DNA of 64,000 bases from the human T2T-CHM13v2.0 reference genome, Homo sapiens. Below are positions 15,355 through 30,911 of the stretch, in pieces (position 1 is the stretch's first letter; every line of letters starts with the position of its first letter). Under the pieces are notes generated by a model that saw only the letters and a list, made by a program, of their open reading frames with translations, was not told where the DNA came from and did not search any database. Position numbers and translations under genes: made by a program. The stretch lies in assembly GCF_009914755.1 (NCBI RefSeq), contig NC_060946.1; one strand, 5' to 3'.

Positions 15355-17229
15355 TCAAATTGAAAGTCCTCAAAATGCCCAACGGTAAAATAAATAAATT
15401 ATAGTACTCTTAACAACAGAATACTATATATCAATGAGAAAAATAAACGACTGGAAGGAACAATTTGGATTTATCTCACAAATTAATACGTGAAAGATGA
15501 CAGAAAACAGTACTTAGTAGCTCAATTATATGAAGTACAAAGCCAATTACGCAAAGTACAAACATAGGCAAGACTCACCTATGTTGTTACTAGATGATAG
15601 TGCATGTCTCTGGGGAGTTAGGAATAGCAGCCAACAGGAGGCTTGAATGGAATATCTGGGGCGCTATTATTTGTTTCCTGATGTGATTTTAGTATATAGG
15701 TTCTAATATTTTGGGTATTCCTAGAAATGTGTACCTATTATTCACTTGCTCTATATATAGAGAGAGCTATATAGCTCTCTCTCTATATATATATATAGCT
15801 ATATATATAGCAAAGTGAATTTTATATATAATTCTTCAACATATTTTTAGAAAAATTAAGTTTTTTTAGAAAATTAAGAGAATTTTAGATAAAAACTCAA
15901 CTTTTAATGGAAAATATTGTCCTTTTTCTTTCTCACATGAAATCCTCTATCAAGGTTAGTATCCTACCTGGCATCTCTCCAATACTGGGTTAAGAGTTTT
16001 TCTTCTCAAGTAACCTGTATTATATTAAGATGATATTAACTGAAATAATCAGATAGATGACTGCGCCATAAAGCTAATTCTAAGGTATCTGTCCTTAGCC
16101 AAAAGCAGAAAAGGGATACACATAACTTCCACATAAAACATCCACCCCCATTTCTTTGGTTATTCTTAAAAGCTCATAATGTATACAATGATAAAATTTA
16201 TTGTTTCAAATTAGGGTTTTTGAAATTGAAATATTAATTTAAACACGTTTGCTTAACACAACTTTAAAGTTAATAAGAAAACACTGCATATTACAGAAGA
16301 GTTAAATACTTCAAAAAGTGGGAAAGAATTTAAAAGCTTTCACTTGAGTAGGAGTAAACACAAACACACTAAGAATCTAGTTGGATACACTTAAATCATG
16401 TCTTTTAAGAACATAAGAACAGATTATTTGCTTTCTCTTTAGTCCAAAACCTTGGTGTAATTTTAGTCCAAATTTGAAACTAACAGAAGAATACTCAGCT
16501 TCTTAAAAGTTTTATTTCAAGAACAGTAAAAGAACTTCTGGTCTTACAAACATTACACAGATAAAACGAGTTTCTCCAAACAGATGTATGTAAAAATCTA
16601 GTACATATACCCCCAAGTTGAGTCAATAAGGTGAACCAGATTCTGGTTGAATGGAATCCTTGAAATATAACTTTGGTGAACAAACTGTTTGTGTTTTCCA
16701 CTTTTCTTAAAAAAGAAGTGATAAAGCAGATTTCCAGTACCTGCCAGCTGACAAAATGCTACTTACCAGGTAAAAACCACTACCAAAAATCAGAATCACA
16801 GAAGGGCTATCAGTAAAATTATTAATGCCACAAATTAACATGATGTTAACAGCTGATTTATGCATCAAAAGAGTATTTATATAATCACAGCAAATAACTC
16901 AAATCTTTTACATCACTAGTAAACTCAAAAAATATAGCAAAAAGCAATAACATTAAATTTCATTATTGATCTACTAGCTTTAACTATTTAATACTAGTAC
17001 ACTTAGTTTTGATTACTTTGAAATTGAAGCAAAAACAATAATCTTTTCTTCTTTTAATGACTTTTTCAGTTATAGGAAAGATGACATTAAAAGAAAATAT
17101 ACAACTATAGCTTAGCTACAGGTATAAAATTGTTTTAAAGATATGTAATTGTGCTATTGAATTAAACTGAAAACATAACTATCAACTCATGATTTTGAAA
17201 AAAAATCTTTTTTATGTTTGGTTTTGGTA

Positions 17230-18475
17230 AAAGGAGAGACAAATAAGTCAGAAGAACAGAAAATACAGAAATAGGCAAACTTTCCCATATTCAATTAATT
17301 TTTGAGCAAGGGGCCAAGGTAATTCAAGAGAGCAATAAATAATCTTTTAGAATGATGCTGAACTGCCAAATAATTCATATGGAAAACAAAGAAACATGAA
17401 TCTTATCTTGTATTCTCTTATCATATGTGTAATTTAACCATAAATGGATTTTTTAAACCTACAAGTAACACTGCGGCAAGCAAAGATTTTTTAATAAAGC
17501 ATAAAGAGCATAATTTTTTCAACTTCAAAAAATTAACAAATGACAAATGTCATCAAAATGAAACCCTCTGCTGTTCAATAAACATTGCTAAATAAATGAA
17601 AACAAGTCACACATTAGGCAAAAATATTTATAAAATGCATCTCCAATAACTGACTTCTGTGAATAATATATAAAAAAAACTTAGAACTCAAGAAGATGAC
17701 AAGCAAATCAATTGGAAAAAAATGGTGGTAGAGACAAAATACTTTAACAGACATGTCACCAAAGATACACAAATGGCAAAAAAAGACATAAAAAGAGGCT
17801 CAATCTAATTAATCATCAGAGAATGCAAAATCAAACCCACAATAAATTGTCACTAAATGCCAACCAGATGGCTAAAATTTAGAAATAGTGGCAATAGCCA
17901 ATGCTGGCAACAATGTACAGCAAATGGAACTCTCAGATCTCTAGAAATGGAAAAGTATACAGACACTTTTTAAGAAACTGTGAAACTGTTTTCCAAAGTT
18001 AAGAATATTATTTCCAACAAGTCAGAAATTCCAGTCCTAGGTATTTACCCAAGAAACATGAAAAGATACATCTACAACGAAGCATGTTACATAAATGCTC
18101 ACAGCAGCTTTATATACTGGCCAAAAATTGAACGAAACTTAACTGTAAGCTAGTGAATGGACCAATCTCAAAATGATTATGCTAAGCAAAAATAAGGCAG
18201 ATGGAAAAGATTCTATACTGTATGGTTCCATTCATATATTAGTCTAGAAAAGGCAAAACTATAGGAAAGCAACAGATCGGTGATTGCCAGGAGCTGGAGT
18301 GGGAGGTAGGCAGTAACTTCAAAAGGTCATGAGCGAATTTATGGGTAAAGGGTCTATTCTGTATCTTGACTATGATGGTAATTACATGACTGTTCATATT
18401 TACCAAATCACATTCAATACACACCTTAGAAAGGGTGAATTATAGTGTATGCAAAATATACCTTAACAAAACAAT
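17230..18475 (+). mobile_element. Old L1M ORF2 3' end and 3' UTR fragment
   Basis: caattaatttttgagcaaggggccaaggtaattcaa...; atcatcagagaatgcaaaatcaaacccacaat; cctaggtatttacccaagaaacatgaaaa; atactgtatggttccattcatata. Confidence 0.8.
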
Positions 18476-18693
18476 GACTCTCACACATAACTTTATTTAT
18501 TTATTGGGTAACAGCATAGGGACTAATATCAGAATAACTTTCCTAAAATGTCTCAAATCTGAAGAAAATGTAAAAGCTAACTAATTGAAGTTACCTGTAA
18601 ATAACCAAAAACTGGCTGGAATGGGAGGACATTTTACCCTTGGAAAAAAAGCGGAATGTCATTGGCTAAAATCTATATTTAAATAGAGTTTCA

Positions 18694-18993
<300 letters not shown>

Positions 18994-20746
18994 CTACAAC
19001 TAATAAGTATAGTAATTTCAATGAAAATTTTAGTGGATGGGCTTAACAAGAGATTGGTAGAAAATTGGTCCATCTCCTTGAAAATACATGAATAGTGTAT
19101 CTATTCTGAGGAACTAAAAGTAAAAACACTGGGAAGAAAACGAACAGACCCTCAGTAATCTACAAAATATCAAATATACTAACATTCATGTAATTAGAGT
19201 TACAGAGGAAGAGGAGAGAGAAATGAGACAGAAAAAGAATAAGAAATAAAAGTCAAGCTTTTCACAAATTTGGTGAAAAATATCAACTTACACTTTCAAG
19301 AAGCTCAGCAACCCCCAAGCAGGATGAATACAAAGAAAACCACACCTAGGCACATCATAGTCAGACTGCTGAAAACCAAAGATAAAGAGAAAATCCTGAA
19401 AGCAGCCAGAGAATATCAAAACATTATTATATACATGGGAATAATGATACTACTGACACCACACCTGACTTCTCATTAGAAACCATGGAAGACAGGAAAC
19501 AATGCAACATCTTTTAAATGCTTGAAGAAGAAAAACATAATCATCCCAGAACTCTATATTCAGGGAAAAAAAGGCAAAAATGCATGCAGACTTCCACTTC
19601 CAGACAAAATGCAGAAAATGTACTTTTCCCTGTTCTTTCCACTAAATACAGCTTTAAAAACCCTTGGCGGTGATACATAAGACAAACAAAGGAAGACAAC
19701 AAAATGTAGAGAGAGGGCAGACCAATTAGGGCTTCAGGTGCCAAGAAACATAAGAGGATGAATTCCCTAGGTTTCCTTTCTGACTCATATATACAAGAAA
19801 AGTTGCTAGAGAAGCAGACAACTCAGAAACACCAACAGGCACACACATACGTAAAACTCCAAGAAAATTCTGCTGTCTCTTGTCAAAAAAGCAGGGAAGC
19901 GGCAGGCTACTAAGAAAAAAAAACTCACAGACAACAACCAACCAGTTTAAGCCAAAGGGTACAAATAAAACCCCAAGCCATATACCTTTTGCAAAGACTT
20001 AAAAGGAGGACATAGTCAGCCATTCCCCACTCCTACCCACAGACAACATGATACCACAGCAGGCCAAGTGGGGACACAGGACACTCATACCCACTGAGCA
20101 GCAACGCGGCTTCCTCCCTCTAGAGTGTGAGTGGAAAAAAAGTGGGGAGCCTGAGTTCAACACCCACCCAATGATAAGGACATATCCCTATCCCTCCCTC
20201 TACAGAGATATGACAGCAGAGGCCTACTGGAGAATCCAAACTCAAAGCACTGCTCAGTGATAACTTACTTAACCACCCCTCCATCCCAGTGTCAGTGGAG
20301 GCCAAGTGAAAAGCAGGAACCTTTTGAGCCAGGGTGGTATTCACAAAGGTATAATGCAAGTCCAGAGTTTTCATTCCTACTCAGCATTTACTAGGTGTAC
20401 GTCTCCATCAATGAGTCAACAAAGGCCTACTATGAAACTGGAATCTTCACATACACCTGGGGGTAGTAACAAGGCTATGCCCCACCTCCACCCCAAAAGC
20501 AAATTTTCAGATAAATCCTACTAAAAGGGGGGATTTAAATAAAATGCAGAGCTTCATAACACAACACTTAAAATGCAAAGGATTCAACCAAATATAACAT
20601 GTCATACCATACTAAGAAGCAGGAAAATCTGAACAGGAATTTGAAAATATAGTCAAAAGGTGCAAACAATGAGTATTCATAGATGTCATAATTATCTATC
20701 AAAGATTTTAAACTATATATTATAAAACTGCTTCAACAAGCAATTA

Positions 20747-21127
<381 letters not shown>

Positions 21128-21266
21128 TCAAGAAAGAAACAAATACCAAGTTGAAAATTAAAAAATATGCTAGCAATAATAAAATACAAACTAAGCTGAA
21201 CAACAAAATGGGGGAGATTACCCAACCTAGAGAAGAAAATGAACTGATTAAAAAAAAAAAATAAGT

Positions 21267-21563
21267 GGCCAGGTGCGGTTGCTCAGGCCTGTAATCCTAG
21301 CACTTTGGGAGGCCGAGATGGGTGGATCACCTCAGGTGAGGAGTTCAAGACCAGCCTGGACAACATGGCAAAACCCTGTCTCTAATAAAAATACAAAAAT
21401 TAACTGGGCATGGTGGCACACACCTATAATTCCAGCTACTCAGGAGGCTGAGGCAGGAGAATCACTTAGACCCAGGGGCGGAGGCTGCAGTGAGCTGAGA
21501 TTGTACCACTTCACTTCAGCCTGGGCAAAAGAGCAAAACTCTGACAATAAATAAACAAATAAA
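21267..21563 (+). mobile_element. Alu (AluS)
   Basis: Dimeric Alu consensus. Confidence 0.94.
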
Positions 21564-22794
21564 TATATATATATTTTTTAAAAAAAGGCATTAAAGACAC
21601 TTGTGGTACTATAATAAATGATGCAACATTCCTGTCACTGGAATCTCAGAAAAGGAACATGATGCAGCTGAACAATTATTCGAAGACCCACAGATTCAAG
21701 AAATTGAATAAATCCTAAGAGGATACACACAAATAAATCAATGCTAATATATATCATAAACTTCTGAAAACTAATGACTAAACTTAAAAACCTTGAGATA
21801 AATAAGAGAAATGACACCTTATCCACAGATGAAAAACAACTCAAATGACAGCAGATTTCTCACCCGAAACCATGGAGGCCAGAACAAAGCAGCATAACAT
21901 TTTTGTAAGTCCTAAAAGAACTGACAACAAAGAATTCTATATCCAGCAAAAACATCCATTAGTAATGAAAGGGAAATCAAGAAATTGTGAGATGAATGAG
22001 AACTAAAAATTAGTTATGAGACAAAACTACACCAAAAGAATAGTGAGAAAAGTTATTGAACCAGAAAGGAGAATGATAAAAAGAAGGATTCTTAGAACAT
22101 CCTGAAGGAAGAAAGAACAAACAAATAGTAAAACTATGGGCAATAAAACAGACTTTACTCTTCCTTGAGTTTCCAAAATAATGTTTAACAATTGAAGCAA
22201 AAATTGTTACATGATGCAAAAGCTATGGTGGGTAAAACTGTTGATGCATTTCCAAAACTGAAGGCAGCTGGCACCAAGCTGTATTAGAAGTTGTCACATT
22301 CTCAACTGGTACTACAACTACAGTAAAAATAATGTAGAGTATCATTGAGAATATCACTGATGAAGCAGCAAAAATCTTTAATGCTTTAAGTCTTGATCCA
22401 TGAATACACATCTTTTAATTATCTATGTGACAAAATGAGAAATGAAGCGTAAAATAATTGTTACACCACAGTTTTTCTTGAGGAAAGAATTTGTGATCAT
22501 GTGATTTATAAACTGAAATAACTGCTTTTTTAATGGAACACTGTTTTTACATGTAAGAACAACTAAGAAACCACAATTATTAAAACTTGATTATCTGACA
22601 TATTTCTTCAAAAATGAATAAAGTGAGCCTGCCACTTCAAGGAAAACAACTAACATGAGTGGACAATAAGAAGATTTGAAAACCTTACAACCAACAATGT
22701 AAGCTTAACTAATTCCAATACTTAAAGACTTTTCTGATGAGATCAGTTGATTATAACAAATGTGAATTTTGTTATTAACTAAAAATGTGTAGGA

Positions 22795-23091
22795 CTAGGT
22801 AAGCTGGCTCACACTTGTAATCCCAGCACTTCGGGATCACTGGAGGTCAGGAGTTCAAGACAAGCCTAGCCAACATAGTGAAACCCCATCTCTACTAAAA
22901 ATATGAAAATTAGCTGGGCCTGGTGGTGCATGCCTATAGTCCCAGCTACTCAGGAGGCTGAGGCATGAGCATCACCTGAACCCAGGAGACGGAAGTGAGC
23001 TGAGATCGCACCACTGCATTCCAGCCTGGGCAACAGAGTGAGATTCTGTCTCAAACAAACAAAACAAAACAAAACAAACAAACAAAAACAA
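22795..23091 (+). mobile_element. Alu
   Basis: Dimeric Alu with small deletions and (AAAAC)n tail. Confidence 0.92.
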
Positions 23092-23208
23092 CCGTATCAA
23101 TAGTTGGAATATCTGGATCACTCAGTGAACCAATATTTTCCAAAGACCACTTAGTAATCTTATAAAATCATATATGGGTAAAAGATCCCCTGAAATTGCA
23201 AGGTAGTC

Positions 23209-23215
<7 letters not shown>

Positions 23216-23247
<32 letters not shown>

Positions 23248-23530
23248 TCTGAGATAAAGTCTCACTCTGTTACCCACGCTGGAGTGCAGTGGCACAATCT
23301 CGGCTCACTGCAACCTCCACCTCCTGGGTTCAAGAGATTCTCTGCCTCGGCCTCCCCCGTAGTTGGGATTGCAGGTGCCTGCTACAATGCCTGGCTAATT
23401 TTTGTATTTTTAGTAGAGACGGGGTTTCACAATCTTGGCCAGGCTGGTCTTCAGCTCCTGACCTCGTGATCCACCCACTTCAGCCTCCCAAAGTGCTGGG
23501 ATTACAGGCGTGAACCACTGCGCCCAGCCC
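23216..23530 (-). mobile_element. Antisense Alu with (TA)n in the tail region
   Basis: Reverse-complement Alu, flanked by ataaattata repeats. Confidence 0.93.
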
Positions 23531-23669
23531 ATAAATTATAATTTTAAAGGATAAAGATATAAAGTTCATTGATGGGATTGCAGTCTTCAGACTGCACCAA
23601 ACCACTTGAAAAACTTGAGAAACTACCACTTCTCAAGCTTTGGTTTAGTATCAAACAGGAATATTCATT

Positions 23670-25385
23670 AGGGCTTGTGCTTTCATTCTTACAGTATATT
23701 TTAATAAACAGAAGTTATTTCTCAAATGTAGTTGAATGCTCCAATATTTTCCTTTACGTTCAGTGCTGTATCTCAAGAACTCTTTTACAAAAATATTATC
23801 CTATATTATCTTTTTAAGTATAAATAAAAATAATTATCTTTTTAAAAGCTTATGAGTTTAGGTGGAAATATGAAGGGCCAAAAGGAATTGGAAGACATTT
23901 TCCTACTATTTGTTCTTTCTCTTGATTTTCATGATTCATTATTCTTGTAGAAGTGACCTTACCACAGTATAAGGTTCACTTATAATCACTGTTCTGCCTT
24001 GTAATTTTAGGTGAATTTGTTACAAAATATTATGAAATCTATAGGAAAAGCCAACTTTCAAAGCTATTAAGCATTTGACTTAACAGTTGAGGGCAATATT
24101 ATTCAGAAAAATTTCAATCTCATTCCTCAGCGCAAAAAACTGAAATAAAACTTTACCACTGCCAAGTCAGTAAATTGCTATGTAGAATGGCAATTCAGTA
24201 TATTCTGCCTCTATATCTAACAAAAATTCATAGGATTTGATGATGAAGTCCACAAATGCAAGTCAAAATCACTGCTGACACTATTATATAATAGTTCACT
24301 AAAACATGACAGATTTAAATATTTTCTGCAAAGTACCTGCTAATAAATAATACAATAAATAATCAGGCTTTAAACACCTGACATTTAACAAGCTTTTTAA
24401 ATTTGTCCAACTCAAGTCTTTCTGCTCCACAGTTATTTTTGCCACTATCAACTGTAACGCATCTTAGCAGATTCCACTTCAGGTTGTACTAAGTTAGTGT
24501 TTGCTCAACTTTTCTGAAAATATTTTCTCTTGTAGTTGTTTCACATAGACTATGCATAAACACTAATTCTTCAATCACTTCAAACTCAGCACTGACTTCT
24601 GGAATATGTAACAACTGAACAGTACTGGTAACACCTATTCATCCATCAAAAGCCTAAGAAAACCATGAAAAATCATTCACCCTTCTTTCCAAAATGACTT
24701 GATATTACTCCCAATGTCCTTAACTTTTAGAGCAATTACTCTCGCTGAAAGGCTAATAGTCTTTTTTAAAGTTTATTTTCTATGGACACATCTTTGGTTA
24801 CCGTAATGAAACATAATTTAATTAACTACTGTTGGTAATGGTTTTCCTTGCTTGGCTAACAAATAAGCCATTGAAAAAACTTACTTTAATTATAGCCTAA
24901 TTTCCATTTTTTGTTTTTGAGAAGAAATTCTGCTGTGATAAAATTTTGTTTTAATTTACTATTTTTTTTCTTACCTTTTAGTTTTATTCCTGTTGGTTGG
25001 GAATATTGTGAGAAGTGCCCAGTCTGGCAATGTTGACATATATTATATTCTTTTAGCACAGCCATAGTCTTCTAGCATAACAAATATAATGCTTTGCTAT
25101 CTAATTTGTTAATAATAATATACATTCCACTATGCCAATAAAGTGTTACATATAAAGTCCACTTTTCTCCTTTTCTTGTTTTAACATGATAGGTAAGTAT
25201 GCACTGGTAATGAGAGAAATAAATAAGATGCCAGGGCAATATGTGTGGTGCACACACACACACACATACTGACAAACAGTAACTATGTCATTGTGATTCG
25301 TAGCATGCAGAGCAGCAATTTGAAATATATGTGCTCTCTGCAGCAACCAACTCTGACACTGTAGTGCAACGGAAGTCATATATAA
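23670..25385 (-). mobile_element. Charlie-family hAT transposase fossil (GTF2IRD2/EPM2AIP1-like, e.g. Charlie2)
   Basis: Minus strand gives KALYLLC*KTMAVLKEYNICQHCQT (N-terminal Zn-finger-like region) and EFEVIEELVFMHSLCETTTRENIFRKVEQTLT*YNLKWNLLRCVTVDSGKN (catalytic region). Confidence 0.75.
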
Positions 25386-25994
25386 TGCCCAAACAATTCA
25401 GGGAAAGGAAAAGTCACGTGCCTCTCATTTTAACTGAAAAGCTACAAATGATTAATCTTAGTGGGGAAGGAATATCAAAAAGTGAGAAAGGCCTAAAGCT
25501 AGGCCTCTTGTACCACTCAGACAATTATGAATGTAAACGAAAAATTCTTGAATAAAATTAAAAGCACTATGTCAGTGAACATGAAACAATCTTATTGCTA
25601 ATATGAAGAAAGTTTTAGTGGTCCATATGAAAGATCAAACCAGCCACAACATTCCCTTAAGCAAAAAACCTAATCCACAGCAAGGCTCTAAGCTTCTTCA
25701 GTTCTATGAAGGCTGAGAGAGGTGAGAAAACTGCAGAAGAAAAACTGGAAGCAAGTAGAAGTTGGCTCATGAGGAAAAATGCTCTTGTCATAACATAAAA
25801 GTGGAAAGTGAAGCAGCAAGTGCTGACATGGAAGCTGTAGCAAGTTATCCAGAATATCTATCTAAGATCATTGCTGGAGGTGGCTATACTAAACAAGGTG
25901 TTTTAAGTAGACAAAAGAGCCTTCCATTAGAAGAAGATGCCATCTAGGACTTTCACAGCTAGAGAGGGAAAATCAATGCCTTGCTTCAAAGTTC

Positions 25995-26107
25995 AGGCTG
26001 GGGCCACACCTGTTATTCCAGCACTTTGAGAGGCCAAGGTAAGAGAATCACTTGAGCCCAGGAGTTCAAGGCCAGCCTGGACAAAAAGGCGAGACTCTTG
26101 TCTCTTT

Positions 26108-26148
<41 letters not shown>

Positions 26149-26151
26149 AAA
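25995..26151 (+). mobile_element. FLAM/Alu monomer with (TAAA)n tail inside Tigger1
   Basis: Single Alu arm followed by TAAA repeats. Confidence 0.85.
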
Positions 26152-26558
26152 CTGACTCTCTTGTTAGGGGCTAATGCAGCTGGTAACTTGACGTTGAAGC
26201 TAATGATCATTTGCCACTCAAAAAGCCCTAGAGCTCTTAAGAATTATGCTATATCTAATCTGCTTGCTATCTACATATGGAACAACAGTCTCCTGGATGA
26301 CAGCACATCTGTTTAGAGGTTGGCTTACTGAATATTTTCAGTCCACTGTCAAGACCTACTGCTAAGGAAAAAACATTAATTTCAAAATATTAGCACTCAC
26401 TAACAATGGACCAGGTCATTAGAGGGCTTTGATGGATATGTTCAGAAAGAAGAATGTTACTTTCATGCCTGCCAGTACAATACAACATCTATCCTGCAGC
26501 CCATGCATCAATGAGTAATTTCAATTTTTAAGTCTTACTGTTTAAGAAATACATTTCA

Positions 26559-26848
26559 GCCAGGCACGGCAGCTCATGCCTGTAATCCCAGCACTCTGGG
26601 ACACAAAGGCAGGAGGATCACTTGAAGCCGGGAGTTCGAGAACACCCTGGCCAACATGGCAAAACCCCATCTCTACTAAAAATACAAAAATTAGCCAGGC
26701 GTGGTGGCACCCACCTGTAGTCCCAGATACTCGGGGGGCTGAGTCAGGAGAATCGCTTGAACCGGGAGGCAGAGGTTGCAGTAAACCAAGATCACACCAC
26801 TGCACTCCAGCCAGGCTGAGAAAGCGAGACTCCATCTCAAAAAAAAAA
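26559..26848 (+). mobile_element. Alu inside Tigger1
   Basis: Dimeric Alu consensus. Confidence 0.94.
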
Positions 26849-28348
26849 GTGATTCCTGTAGTAGATTTGGGCAAAATAAACTGAAAACCTTCTGGAAAGG
26901 CTTCACCACCGTAGATGTCATTAAGAACATTCATAATTCATGAGAGGAAGTCAAAATATCAACATGAACAGGTGTTTGGAAGAAGTTGATTCCAACTCTC
27001 ATGGATGACTTTGAGAGGTTCAAGACTCAAGTGGAGGAAGTCACTGCAGATGTAGTGGAAACAGCATGAGAATTAGAAGTGGAGCCTGAAGATGTGACTG
27101 AATTGCTGCAATCTCATGATAAAACTTGCACAGATTAGGAGTTGTTCCTTACAGATGACCCAAGAAAGTGGTTTCTTAAAGATGGAAACTACTCCTGGTG
27201 AAAAGGCTGTGAAATTATTGAATGACAACAAAGGATTTAGAATACTATATAACGTTAGTTGTTAAAGCAGTGGCAGGGTTTGAGCTGACTCCAATTTTGA
27301 AAAAAAGTTCTACTTTTGGGTAAAAAATGCTATCAAACAGCATCAAGTGCTACAGAGAAATCTTTCATGAAAGAAAGAGGCAATCAATGTAGCAAACTTC
27401 ATTGTTGTCTTATTGTAAGAAACTGCCAGAGGCACCCCAACCTTCAGCAATCACTGCTGGCATCAGTCAGCAGCCACCAACATCCTCTATCAGCAAAAAA
27501 TCTTACAATTTACTGAAAGCTCAGATGATCAGTAGCATTTTTTAGCAATAAAGTATTTTTAAATTAAAGTATGCACATTGGTTTTTTAAATATAACGCTA
27601 TTGAACATTTAATAGACTGAAGTAGAATATAAACATAATATTTACATACACTGGTAAACCAAAATATTTGTGTGCCTTGCTTTATGGTGATATTCACTTT
27701 ATTGTGGTAGTCTATAATGGAACCTACAGTATCTCCAAGGTATGCTTGTATTTACTTTGGTACCAATTCTAGATATACATCTGCATATACCTGGGTATTT
27801 AACTTCCTGGTCTCATGTTCCTTAAATAGTTAATAAGAAAGAGTAATTATGAACCATGCAGACCAATTAACAAGCCTAACTTCCAATATTTTCTTCACTC
27901 TGAAATAAGTATTTCCAACATTGTATTATGTCAGAAGTTCTCGGTTTTGGGGGTGCTGTATCTTAATTTTTCTGTACTCTATTTTCAACTTCACTGACAT
28001 AATACAAGCTCTATCTTCCTTACAAATTTATAAGGAATCAAATGAAATGAAATATATAAAAGTTGTCCTCTTTCTCCCATCTTCAAAAAACTTCCCCCTG
28101 CATTTCATTTCCTGTTAGCCCTCTCTCCTTCAACAGCCTGGTCTGTAGAAAGAGTCCATACATGGCCTCCCTCCACTCCCTCATCTTCCATTCACTCCTT
28201 GTTCCAAGGCCTTCCCAACACCACTGAAACTTTTTTCAATGCCCTTTTTTTAATTTTTTTTTAAAAGCAAATTCTGCCCCCAACTTTTCATTCTTTCAGT
28301 TGAACCACTTTTTCCAAGACACTGCAGATGTAAAAAATACGTAGTTAA

Positions 28349-30183
<1,835 letters not shown>

Positions 30184-30672
30184 TTACCGACTGAAAGATG
30201 AGAGTGGAAAAAGGAAGGAGGGATAGCAAGAATGGCGGGCAGGTAGACAGAAAGGTAAAATTCAGCCATGTTCAAAAGGGAACAAATAAAAGCATTGAAA
30301 GGTAAGACAGACCTAGTATATTTATGACTTGAATCCCAAGCTAAGAAACTGGAACATAATTTAGCAGAGAGACTCCAAAAGTTTTACAGCAAAAAGTATT
30401 AGAATCATTTATATACTGGGAAAAAATAGCCTCCTCATTTTAATAATCCAGATTGGGAAATCAGATCTAAAACAGATGTTCAATGGACATCCCATTTCTT
30501 TTGTAAAAGCAACTTGAAAGGTCAGACAGCAAGTTGTGTTCTGTTTTTAATTCACAATGAAAATCTGACTACTCATTTATTCAACAAATATTTGAGTACC
30601 AGCTATGTGCTAGGCACTGTTCTAAACACGCCAATAACATTTATTTAGTGGTACTGATTCTGTACTCTAGAA

Positions 30673-30911
30673 CAATGGTTCTTAACTGGGGAGAGGGAGC
30701 AATTTTTGCTGCCCAAGGGACATCTGGCAATGTCTAAAGATATTTTTGGTTGTCACAGGGGCAGGGGGGAGGGGAGGGGCGCGGGTGTGCTACTATATCT
30801 AGTGGATGGAGGCCAGAAATGCTGCTTAACATCCTACACACAGGATATACTGCCCGTGACAAGGAATTAGCTAGCCCAAAATGTCAATAGTGCCAAAGTT
30901 GAATAAACCTG
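30673..30911. mobile_element. MER20 hAT DNA transposon
   Basis: caatggttcttaactgggg...gggacatctggcaatgtctaaagatatttttggttgtcac...cccaaaatgtcaatagtgccaaagttgaataaacctg. Confidence 0.88.

Larger units (their letters stand above)
22260..23665 (+). mobile_element. Charlie1-like hAT transposase fossil, split by two Alus
   Basis: Degenerate coding for DEAAKI...CDKM...FLMEH.FY...KMNKVSLPLQGKQLT, typical of Charlie1. Confidence 0.75.
25390..27748 (+). mobile_element. Tigger1 DNA transposon, 5'-truncated, with two Alu insertions
   Basis: RERKSHVPLILTEKLQMINLSGEGISKSEKGLKLGL (HTH region); DDE-region motifs (ctgactctcttgttaggggctaatgcagctgg; ctgcagcccatg); 3' TIR atctccaaggtatgcttg followed by TA. Confidence 0.92.

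Noticed and set aside
24975-25071. Apparent minus-strand exon with a strong AAG|gtaaga donor encoding KTMAVLKEYNICQHCQTGH
   Set aside because: The peptide continues across the 'splice sites' as hAT transposase sequence, so it is part of the Charlie fossil.
25331-27516. Tigger1-derived ORFs as a domesticated transposase (TIGD-like)
   Set aside because: The element has multiple stops and frameshifts, a 5' truncation and two Alu insertions.
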